Below, piece after piece: positions 26,955 to 37,670 of a DNA stretch of 64,000 nt. Source of the DNA: Callorhinchus milii (Eukaryota); assembly GCF_018977255.1 (NCBI RefSeq), contig NW_024704743.1, positions 1,240,001 to 1,304,000 of the forward strand, read 5' to 3'. The first letter of the stretch is position 1, and each line of letters begins with the position of its first letter. The notes beneath the pieces are model-generated. The model worked only from the letters and a program-made list of their open reading frames with translations. It ran no database searches and had not been told where the DNA came from. A program made the position numbers and the translations under genes.

Positions 26955-27145
26955 ACGTGAAGGTTGTGGGTTCAGGCACATAGTCTAAGCTGACGCTCCA
27001 ATGCAGTACGGCGGGGGTGGGGGGGGGGTGTGTGGCATTGTCGGGAGACGCTGTCCTTCGGATGATACGTTAACCTATACGGCTGTCAGTACAGTTGGAC
27101 GTTAATGGTACTATTCGAAAAGGAAGCGAGATTCTCCCCATTTTC
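26955..27145 (+). mobile_element. Old DeuSINE core (SacSINE1/AmnSINE1-like)
   Basis: gaaggttgtgggttca...gctgacgctccaatgcagtac...gtccttcggatgatacgttaa...tactattcgaa resembles the Deu domain as I recall it. Confidence 0.65.
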
Positions 27146-27666
27146 AGATCACGCCCGAAGACTGTCGTCTTTGACCGCACTTAGTCACTTCCCCTCCTCC
27201 GGGCTCAGCGCTCTGGGACTCTACTCTGCGTGAGCGGCGCTATATGAATGCAAGTTATTGTTACTGTTATACAGTGACCAAAATTGGACAATTCAGCCAG
27301 AGTTAGACTGGTGCCCTGTTCAAGTTCACTGTGTCTTCCTGTGGCTGAGCTTTTGATTTTGGCCATAGCACACTATCCAACGGTCTCAGCGATCGCTTCA
27401 CCAGTTTCCACAAAGCAAAATCCTGTGGGCTATCCGGAGGACATTCCCACCGTTTGTTCCTTTCCAATCCTATCGTTCAATAATTATCCACTTGAAATGA
27501 TATTTGACACTCAGTAGCCCAACTCCAAATCTATCCAGTTCCATTGCATTTGGGAAGCTTGTTCCCTGTTATCTGCAATCCTTCCTCTCCCCAATTTTGT
27601 ATCAACAGCAATCTTATTGTTTTTTGCCCTTACTTCTAAATCAGTTATGAATAGTGTAAACAACAT

Positions 27667-28002
27667 GTGGAGTCCTGTAGCTCAGTGGTTAGAGCACTCG
27701 CTTTGCAAGTGAGAGACCTGAGTTCAATTCCAGGCAGGGCGAAACCTTGGGCAAGTTTCCTTACTCCACACAGAGCCTAATAATAATCCCTCCAAAAAAA
27801 CAAAAAAACAATAATAAATTGGTCATTTTCAATCTACAACTGTTTGTGGGACATTGCTGTGCGCAATTGGCTGCCGCGTTCGCCCACAAATATACAGTCA
27901 ATTCACTTTACAGTGTGTTCTGTGAAGCGCTTTGGGACGTCCTCCTGACGTGAAAAGCGCTATATCAAATGCAAGGATTATTATTATTATTATTATTATT
28001 AT
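27667..28002 (+). mobile_element. Full-length young tRNA-Ala-derived SINE with L2-type tail
   Basis: A box TAGCTCAGTGG, B box GAGTTCAATTC, anticodon arm CTCGC-TTTGCAA-GTGAG, (ATT)n tail, TSD aacat at 27662-27666 and 28003-28007. Confidence 0.92.
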
Positions 28003-28229
28003 AACATCACCCCGAGCACAGATTCCTAAGGCACTTACAAGTTATTTCCTTCTATGTCTGCCAATGTAGCTTCTTTCACAACTATCTACCTGCTGCTCAT
28101 GATCTAGCCCACTTTCAATATCTAACGAGGATTGCACTTGTCCCACTAGCTGCCTCTCCAATCCACAGATCAGCAATACTGCAACCTGACCTGAGACAGC
28201 TTGTCATGGAAGAGAATGTTATTACTATT

Positions 28230-28690
28230 ATTATGTCTCAAAGAACTTTACAAAGAGAGCATGCAAGTCCAGACAGGTAGGGGATAAGGCGCAGAAGCAG
28301 GGATACAGTTAAAGGGATTTTTTTTCAGAAGGCTTTAGAAAGCGAAGGGTGAGGGAATGAGGTGGAGGGATATACAAATATATATATAAAAAAATTATAT
28401 GAGACACCGGAAACAGGGTAAAGCAGTCAATTATAAAGATGGATAGGACAGTGGACGTGAAACACTGAGAGTGGAAGAGTGAAGAGAACTGCAGGAAACA
28501 AATAGGTTGGGGCAACGCCATAGAAGCGAGGAGATGGCAAACCTTCCTTAGGTTTTAGCTGCTGGGAGTAGGAGGTGGTGCAGCAGGATAGCAGAGGTGG
28601 TTAAGAATTGGATGAAAGGCTCAAAGGACAGGTCATTGGGCAAAATGTTGAAATTACCCATGAGCTGGAGTGAGCAGCTGAGAAGTTAAA
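28230..28690 (-). mobile_element. Very decayed LINE endonuclease-region remnant
   Basis: Minus strand ctcatgggtaatttcaacatt = LMGNFNI, resembling the APE GDFN motif. Confidence 0.4.
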
Positions 28691-29289
28691 CCACTCCACT
28701 GCCTTGAGACGGATGTTAAATTCCCTGCAATGCTATTCAGAAGAGGTTGAAGTTCTCATGGTGCTCGGCCCAACAGCCCTTCTAATTAATTGGTCATTCC
28801 CCCAAAGTTTGCTGTGTGGAAGAAAACGCCAGCCCCATATGTCACTACATACAGTCACGACACTTAACAGTATTTACTGCAAAGCCCTGAGATTGAGATC
28901 TGAAAAATACTTTTTTTTCCCCCGAGTTAGTTCAAACACCATTCACCATCCGCAAATTGTTGCAGTGGAGATAGATCTCCAATTCCAGCCTGGCTTTTCA
29001 TTTTGTTTGTTTTTGAAATTTGCGTTCGGCCCTCAAAATACACTATCAATTCCCTTTACAATATATTCTTTGAAGCGCTTTGAGACATTTCAACTATAAG
29101 GCGATACATCAAATAGAACCTGGGAAGGCCTGATTTTAAGTATTAAACTGGCCAACCTGACAGCTTGTCTGGATACATCACACCCTAAAGGAATGGATGG
29201 GGCTTCAGCTTTTATAGACATGGTCAAATGTCTCCAAGGTCCCAGTGCCGGAAATATTTAAATGTTCTACAGTACCAACGGTGAGACTC

Positions 29290-29487
29290 TCCACTGGGTT
29301 GCAAGGTTCAAGCACATCAGGACTTAAGATCACAGTCTAGTCTGTAGATTGAAGCTGCAGTGCAGGGGAGGGGTTCTGCCCTATCAGAGGCATCAATCTC
29401 TATCCTAGCAATGGTAAACCAAGGCTTACCATCGATTCTGTTACCTGTTCAGATGAATGTTAAGATCCCATAGCACTATTCAAAGTA
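29290..29487 (+). mobile_element. Old DeuSINE core fragment
   Basis: ...ttcagatgaatgttaagatcccatagcactattcaaag. Confidence 0.55.
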
Positions 29488-29494
29488 TATATAA

Positions 29495-29825
29495 TATAAT
29501 AATAATCCTTGCATTTGATATAGCGTCTTGCCATGTCTTCTAGACATCTTAAAGCCTTCACAGAGTAAACTGTAAAGTGAATTAACTGTATATTTTGTGG
29601 GCGAAACAAATTGTCCCACAAACAGTCAAAATTTATTTTGAAGGAATTATTACCCCCGGAAAAGCGATCTGCCAATCAACTAACAACTGAATTCCCAAAT
29701 ACTGGGAAACAGAGGCATATGGAGTAAGGAAACTTGCCTCATGTTTTGTCCTGGCCGGGAATCGAAACCAGGTCTTCTCGCTTGCGAGGCGAGTGCTGTA
29801 ACCAAAATGCTGCAGGACTCCACAT
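29495..29825 (-). mobile_element. tRNA-derived SINE, long form
   Basis: Head gtggagtcctg..., B box, central segment, tail. Confidence 0.85.
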
Positions 29826-30104
29826 TGATTTGGTAACTAGATGCTCCCTGTCTAGGAAGAGTCTGTTCATGCTGCACAAGGTAACTGAAAACCATATACA
29901 TATGGAAGGTTTGGAGATTCTCAAGCATGGGGAGGGATTTCTGCGTATATCAAGGTACCATGCTTCTTATCTCAATGGGATACCATTGCATCTTCAAGAT
30001 TACTTTCATACATTTAAACCTCTCATGACAGGTCCTCTTCCTAGAGTATTGAAATGCTTGAAACTCATAGCCATCAAGAAGTGAAGCTATCAGAAATATT
30101 TTCT

Positions 30105-30542
30105 TAAAGTAATTAAAGATCCTCACACTCGTCTTCAAATCTCATCGTGCCCTAGCACTTCCCTACCTCCCCAACCTGCTTAGCCCCCAACCCACTACCC
30201 GTTGCATCCGCTCGACTGGCTGCGGCCTTCTGCTTGTCCCTCTTGCCCTCTGTTCCATCATTGGTGGCTGCACTTTCAGCCACTAGGCCCCGATTCTCTG
30301 GAATATTCTTCTATCCCTCCACCTTGCCCTTCCTTCCCCATCTTCAGGTCACACGTGAAGACCTTCCTCTTCGACCGTGCCTACGGTCACCTCCCCCATC
30401 CCCCCAGCTCAGAGTTGTGCTCCGCCAATGTCAAGCGCTCTGGGACATTGTCCTACGCAAATATAAATGCTATATAAATGCAGCGGCACGGGACGTCCTC
30501 CTGACGTGAAAGCCGCTATACAAATGTAATTTTGGTGTTGTT
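30105..30542 (+). mobile_element. L2 LINE 3' fragment with two consecutive tails
   Basis: KILTLVFKS remnant; tails at ~30435-30480 and ~30488-30542. Confidence 0.82.
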
Positions 30543-31016
30543 AATTCATTAAAAAAAAGCAATTACTCAGTTTATAGCAAATTTATCTGAGCTAGAGTCG
30601 AGGAGAGCAGGAGGCTACAAGAATTCAGTCAATCAATGGAGCAATACAGTACATAAGAATCCACTCAGTGATCTAGAGAGCCATAGTGCAGAAATCACAG
30701 ACCACCATTGAAATCTGGTCCGGAAATGCAGAAAGCAGCATCAGTCTACGTTCACCAGTCAGTCTATCGAAAATTGATGCCAAACAGACCACATTTCGAG
30801 GCCTGTAATGTGACACTGCACCATTTTGTTTGTTGCTGTGTTGGTTTTGGCTGCAGTTAAAATATTCTCAAACTGTAATCGCGAGCAGCTCACTCAAAAC
30901 TACAATTGTGAAATGGCTGGGAAAGCTTTTGGATAATTTCTAGCTTTCACAATGCAAAACAGCTGAGTTATGGCTGATTCAGGATTTGGCAATGATAAAG
31001 GGAATGGTGACCAAAC

Positions 31017-31260
31017 AGAACAACAACGTGCATACACACAGCGCCCCTCACACATCCCAGAGAGCTTGACAGTGGTGGAAAACAATGCCAAGCTGCGGGG
31101 GGGGGGGGGGGGGGGGGGGAGGTGACCATAGGCATGGTCGAAGAGGAAGGTCTTCAGGCACAACCGGAAGATGGGTAAAGGAAGGGGCAAGACAGAGGGA
31201 TAGAGGAAGAGTGTTCCAGAGTTTCGAGACGTAGTGGCTGTAAGTTTGGCCACCAGAAGA
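31017..31260 (-). mobile_element. L2 LINE 3' fragment
   Basis: LKTFLFDHAYG on minus strand. Similar fragments near 16600, 33294, 34530, 38457, 40690, 47030, 60390. Confidence 0.78.
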
Positions 31261-32279
31261 GCTGACAATGGGGCTCTTATTTTCCTAGAATACTAGTAAA
31301 ACATCTGTTTAGATTATGCACTCAGGCAGGTATCTAAGGCTATCATGTTTACGACCTGAGCACACAGTGAACGGCACCTGGAGCCAAATAAAGTTAGGAA
31401 TTCGAGAGAAACCTCTGATTGTCGATTCGCTGGCCTTAAGTTTTCGTTTTTTGTTGCAGGTCTCATTTCTTCCAAGATCTCGATACAAACAGGAGTGCGA
31501 AACATCCTCACATCACCATGCATCATGTGCTCATGTCGTGTGCTCTATAGACGCTGAGAGGTATGAAAATGACTGGCCAAAGATATAGGGCGTTACGACT
31601 GGGCTCATATCAATGCTTAAATGAGGAACAACAACTTTCACCCCTCATGCAGGGTAACGTCCCAGAACGCTTAGAATACAGGATGCAGTCCTAATGAACC
31701 CCCGCAATAAAAAGGGAGAAAGTAAAAATCCAATACGTGTGCCAAGACAAAAATAATGCATTCCTTTACTCAGTGCTGCCATTATCGAAAAGTTCAATGT
31801 GTGATACCTCGCCTTGCAATTGATTTTGGTTGTCAAGATCGACCCATTCCCTGACAACCCGAAAGTGCATCAGATTACTTTGTATTCTCGAGCAATTATT
31901 GAGTCATGTGACACACCAGTTAAAATTGACTCACTAGTTTACACAGTCTGTTAAACACAATCAGATGTCTAAAAGAAATGTTTTGTCAAAGTTCCTATTG
32001 TATTTTTAGAAAACGGACACACATTGCTAGTAGCATGCACAAGAACCTTGGGTCTTCTGCAAGGAAGTCGTTAAGGAAGTTTGGTTAAAAACCTCAATAA
32101 AAGCCTTTTGGAAGTTGTTTTGAGTCTGTAAGCCCATGTTGACAATGTAGACAAAACATTTTTACTTTGCTTGAATAAACTTACACTGTGCTCTCGCTTG
32201 CTACATCGCAGAAAACAAGTCATTCAGCCCATCACAAACTACCTAATCCAGAACAGGTAGCTTGTGCTGATTACAAAAA

Positions 32280-32622
32280 AATAATAATCCTTGCATTTGA
32301 TATAGCACCTTATCACGTGTTCGAGACGTCTCAGAGCACTTCACAGCACATACTGTAAAGTGAATTGACTATAGTTTGTCGGCGAAAGGCGGCAGCCAAT
32401 TGCGCAGAGCAGTGTCCCACAAACAGTCATGGATTGAGTGACCAAATTATTATTGTTAACTTTTTTAGAAGGCATGATTACCCCCAGAAAAGCAATCCAC
32501 CAATCGACTAACAAGCGGGTTCCTACTTACTACAGAGGCCCAATGGTTTACCCTACCGGGAATCAAACTCAGGTCTCTCGCTTGCCAGGTGAATGCTCTA
32601 ACCACTGAGTTACAGGACTCCA
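32280..32622 (-). mobile_element. tRNA-derived SINE
   Basis: Head, central segment and (ATT)n tail. Confidence 0.85.
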
Positions 32623-34949
32623 GGCGGTAGAAGCTCTGGTGGCCCTGTGGCTGGTTCAATAAAAGCAATTTAGCATTTTAGGCCAGGGTTAATGAAGCCT
32701 ACCTGAACACTTGAAGCGATTCATCCAATAGTTGTTCAGTGCATCACCAATTCGCTTCCCAAATATCAGGAACACAGAACCCACGAGTTTACTCCACTGA
32801 CCTCCCTTCCTGAGCCCACCGCTTCCTGACAATTCAAAAGCTAAACTCGGGTGGAAGAGCGGAGGAGAGTGGTGAATGCACACACAGCCCAGCACATTCC
32901 TGAATTGAACATCTGCTGTTAGAAACCTGAAAGTCTTCATACCTGATGGGAGCTGGGAAGCAAAACGCCCAGACAGGTGCAGGATTCCCAAGCTGTGTCT
33001 GAACGTGTGGAGAACGAGCAGGCATTGCAGTTTTATCTGCAGAAGCCACTTAACTGTGAGAACGGGTCAGTTAACAATACTGTCATGGAGCTGAATATCG
33101 TTGGAATGCCAGCATCAACGTGCATTCAGATCTCTTAGGCCAAGGTTTCAAGATTCTGTTAATTACAGCAAAATCCAACACTTGACCTCAGTGTATTCAA
33201 ACCAATTTAGGAGAAACGTTCGTGCAAATAGTCATGCTCGAGAAGAAACGAGAACACAGAATTCTACAGCACAGGAAATAGGTCATTCAGACAATCACAA
33301 TAAAAAATTACGTGTGTATAACGCCTTTCACGTCGGGAGGATGTCCCAAGGCGCTGGACAGTCAGGGATTTGTACCCGAGCTGGAGGTTGGGATCAGGAG
33401 GGGGTGGAGGACAGGGAGGGTAGGGGGTAGGATGATGACCGAAGGCACATTCGACGAGGAGTTTTCTTGAGCTGAGCCTTGAAGGAGTCAAGGGAGCCAC
33501 CTAATCTAATCTTGCTTGCTCCCAGTACATTTTATTATTTCTCTTTTTCAGGCATCTACCAAATTCCCTTTCAAAATAATTGATGAGCTCAGCTTCAACC
33601 ACAGCCGCTGCAGTTTGTGGCAGGGAGCTCGACATTGCAATCACCCTCTGTTTAATCCTAGACCCATTTGCAGTGCATATGGAGATTAACAGGCTCATCG
33701 TTCTAGTGCTCCTCCGTTAAAGCTCTCCACTTTAATTCCATTCCTATTCTTTTCCCACGCCCTTCATTATTTTCCCTTAAATATTTACTCAATTTTCTTC
33801 CAAATGCTGTCATGTACAGCAGCTATTTCTGGTAAGGTAATCCATATTGTAAGAACCCTCAATGTGTAGGAAAGAACCATGCTGTAGAGATGAGGGTGAT
33901 GATTAACCAACCACAAAGGATCAGATACAGTGAAACAAGAAAGAACTTACAAAAGGTTTGCAGAGGGAGAAATTTACAAATGTAAGATGCAAATCAGAAG
34001 ACCCACTTTGAAGTCTTTGAGGATAAATAGCGAAAGAACATTCCATTCCCACTGACTGGTAAATCGATAACCAGTGGGAGCTGAATAATAATAATAATCC
34101 TTGCATTTGATATAGGTCTTTTCACGTCTTTTAGACGTCTCAAAGCGCTTCACAGGATAGACTGTAAAGTGAATTGACAATTTTTTTTGTCGGCGAAATG
34201 GGGCAGCCAACTGAAATTAAATTTTAATGAAAGTCAGGATTGTCACTGCGAGAGTTCTGGAGGAGGTTGGATGATTTATTTTCACGTGCTGGGTTACCGA
34301 AATGCAAAATATTTTGCTGCAAGTGGCTATTGAAGCTAAGATCACAACATTTTTTTAAAAGGGAAATGGGAAACATTTGAAGAACAACATAAAAGGGTAC
34401 AGTAGAATTGGCTTCACTTGTACTGGCACAGCACCAGGTCCCTGAAATGCCTCATGTTCTCACCCTTAAGACCATTGTCTTAAAAGTTTAATTTGGGAAT
34501 TCTTAAATTTAGTCCAAGAATCGCAGGCTTCGCACAATCAGCAGTCAAGCCTTCAACCTCTCTGCCCAAACCTTTGGAACACCATCCCACAGACCCTTCG
34601 CCTCGCTCCCTCTCTTACCTCGTTCAAGGCACTTCTCAAGACCCTCCTCTTTGACCACACTTCAGTCAACCTCCTACCTTTGTTGCCCTCTACCCTTCCT
34701 GATTTCAACCCTCTGCTCGGGTTCAAATCCCTGACTATCCTACGCCTTGGGACGTCCCCCGACGTGAAAAGCGTTGTATGAATGTAATTTGTGAGACTGA
34801 ATTAGCTTTTCCCCAAAATGCTACACAAGTTTTAAGACATTGACCTTCAGGAGAAGACAAGATCTCAGGCAGCCACAACACGCCTGGAGCAGGATTCAGG
34901 ACATTGAAAAAAATAACAAAATGGAGCCAATTAAATGCATCAAATAGTT

Positions 34950-35500
34950 GATGCAATAAAATTCGCACAAGTCTTATCGTTATAAATTGTCACACATTCG
35001 CCCGAGTCCTATTCGGTTGCCTATCAAAACTATTTACATTTCTTTGCACGACTCATATTAATCACCTCCTACCCTCCATTACTGGCCTTGAATTGTGGGA
35101 AACGGCGCACTTGACCCATCGAGCAAGCGTGCTTCGGGTGACTGCACTAAATCGTGGGAAATATAGTCTTGATCCGGGATGCTATCCCGTGTGAAGGATG
35201 CTACATGAATGCAAGCTGTTGTTGATCCATCGGAGCATGCACAGAAAAACTTAACTTTCCGCGATTCCACGCTATTCCAACGCTTGTCAATAAGTGCGCA
35301 TGCGGGAACGGGTCAAGACACATTGAGTCGCAGGAAACGTAGTCTTGTCCAGTCACCGACTAAGCAGGGTTCGGCTGTATTTAATTACGCATGCGCAGTG
35401 CAGTTTATTGATTAAATCAGTTTGTTTTCCTACGAATCATACAAGTTTACCTGCAACTCGGACTTCAGACAAGTCAAACTAAATGTAGTGATCCCGACTG
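34950..35500 (-). repeat. Unclassified repeat family A, most complete copy
   Basis: Reverse complement aligns by eye to both plus-strand copies at both ends. Confidence 0.8.
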
Positions 35501-35635
35501 ATATGACTTGTACAACAAAATATACATTTATCCATTTTGACATTGGGGGATGTCTCAAGGTGATCGACTCTTTATCGAGTAATAAGAATTTAATAAATGC
35601 AACTAAGATGTTGAAAGTGCAAACTAACGGCCTAC

Positions 35636-37018
35636 CTGAATGCTCTTCTCACAGTCAGTCTGATGATGCAGAGAGAGCTCGCTCTCCAACACGAACCTCT
35701 TGCCGCACTTGTCACAGATCTGCATGCGGCTGTGCGTCACGTTCATGTGCTTCTCCAAGTACCAGCGGTTGTTGAAAACCCTGGGGCACTTTTTGCAGGG
35801 GTAGTGTTGCTTCTCTTCTATTTTCACCTTCTGATTCGAGCCGTCAGAATCCTTCTTCCGCTTCCTGCCCCGGGCGCTCACCTCTGCCTTGGTGTTCCTC
35901 CGCGACCGACTGGAAGCTGCAGTGACGGATCCCTTGGAGGCGGTTGAAGCCCTCACTGCTCTGCGAGTCGGCTGCCCGCTCTCAGTTTTGACTTCTGGTG
36001 TGTCGGAATTATCCTCCTCGTTTTCGTCCTCCTCGCTCTCCTCAACCTCCTCTTCCTCCTCCTCGCTGGCGTCTTCCTCTTCCTCCTCGTCTTCCTCATC
36101 CCCGACGTCAGCATCTTCCTCATCGTCGTCCTCTTCCTCCTCCTCTTCCTCGTCCTCCTCATCGTCTTCCTCCTCCTCCTCCTCATCCTCTGGACACCTC
36201 CCCAGCACGGCAGTGGCCTCTGAGGGAGAAGACATGCCCTCGGCCCCTTTGGAAACGTTCAGCGTCTGATTGTTCAGGTTCACCTCCACGATGATCTGCT
36301 CCCTGTTATACGAGCTCCTGCTCTCAGAGTTATCCAGCTCCTCAGCATCCCCTTCAATCTTGCACACCGTTCGGCTGTTGTTCTCCTCCTTGTAATACTG
36401 TTGCTTTGGCTGCACGGGTGGGTGCTGCTTCACAACATTGTCCTCCACACGGACCGAGTATGGGTTGTTACCCTCGCGAGCGTAAATCTTGGGATGCGGA
36501 TCAACCTCCTGCTTGATCTCCCGGTAAAACTGAGAACTAAGTGGATTGCCGCGGCCCTCCTGCTTTGACATGTCGCTACTCACTGTGGTCAGGTTTAGGG
36601 ACCGGCTGTCTATTAATTCTTGACAGGAAGTAGCAATATCATTCATCTGCAGAACGGCAGCAGCATTCAGAACATCCTGCACGTTGCAGGCATTTACCAG
36701 CAGCTTTGAAGTGTAGATGAAGTTAAGGATCTGTTGGAACCCTTGAGACGTTAGCGCTTCCAGGGAAAGTTCAACCCGCTGGAGCTGCTTGTTCTGCGTG
36801 AAGAGGGAATGAAAGAACTGACTGTACGCTGCAAGGACTCCCTTGTGAGCGGGAAACGTGTTCTTCTGCCGCACCAATACCACGTCTACATCACACAAAT
36901 CTGGCTGAAAGAGGCGCTGCTCGTTCAGTCTGTCCATCAAACAAGTAAAGTGGAGGGCAACATCCTCCACTAGAGAATACTCAGTGGACGGGTAGTCAGT
37001 GGTCTTTTCAACTATCAG
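35636..37018 (-). CDS. ZBTB47: ZBTB47 large coding exon (BTB domain, acidic tract, first two C2H2 fingers)
   Basis: Acceptor ttttgttttctcttgcag|CTG at 37019/37018; donor CAG|gtaggc at 35636/35635; 1383 nt, phase 0-0. Encodes [10 protein letters not shown]...[10 protein letters not shown]...[15 protein letters not shown] (BTB) and [44 protein letters not shown]. The ORF track start at 37024 is an intronic TTG. Confidence 0.96.
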
Positions 37019-37069
37019 CTGCAAGAGAAAACAAAACTGGTCAGAAATCAGAACCAGAAACTAACAATC

Positions 37070-37670
37070 AAGTCCTGCAGAGTATTGGTTAGAGCACTCG
37101 CCTCACGACGAGAGGACCTGGGTTTGATTCCCGGGCAGGGTGAAACCTTGGGCAAGTTTCCTTATTCCACACGCCTCTGTTCACCTAGCAGCAAGTAGGA
37201 GCCCTGTTAGTCGATTGGTTAGTCCTTCAAGGCCGGTCTCAAAACCTTTCTCTTTGACCGTGCCTTCAGCTCCCCTCTCGACTCTCTTCCCCCTCCTCGC
37301 TCCCTCCCTTCCCTCCCCTCACCCTGACCATTTCCCCCTCCTCTCTCCCTCCCCTCACCCTGACCATTTCCCCACTGCTCGGGTCATGACCCAACTGTGC
37401 AGCGCCTTGGGACGTCCTCCTGACGTGAAAGGCGCTTTATAAATGGAATCTTGTTGTTGTTGTTGTTGTTGGTGGTGGATCGTTTTCCAGGGGTAATAAT
37501 CCCTTCAAAATAAATAAATAATTTGGTCACTCAATCCACAGCCATTTACTATACAGCTTATGGGGACAATGCTACGAGCAAATTGGTTGCCGCGTTCACT
37601 TACAAAAATACACAGTCATACATTTGAACAAAAATTCTGTGAAGTCCTTTGAGACGTTTCAACAACATGA
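37070..37670 (+). mobile_element. SINE interrupted by a young L2 3' fragment (37223-37470)
   Basis: tRNA head about 50 nt from the exon acceptor; body resumes at ggatcgttttccagggg. Confidence 0.85.
37223..37470 (+). mobile_element. Young L2 3' fragment with an internal tandem duplication
   Basis: tccctcccctcaccctgaccatttcccc occurs twice; (TTG)n tail. Confidence 0.88.

Noticed and set aside
27668..27745. tRNA-Ala(TGC)-like sequence; similar heads at 17250, 41605, 46680, 58632
   Set aside because: No acceptor stem; continues into a SINE body with tail and TSD
35889..36294. Plus-strand poly-Ser and Pro/Arg-rich ORFs
   Set aside because: Antisense shadows of the acidic tract
6157..37018. ZNF652 as gene identity
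   Set aside because: Intact BTB and a GRINANNN terminus fit ZBTB47; synteny cannot be checked here
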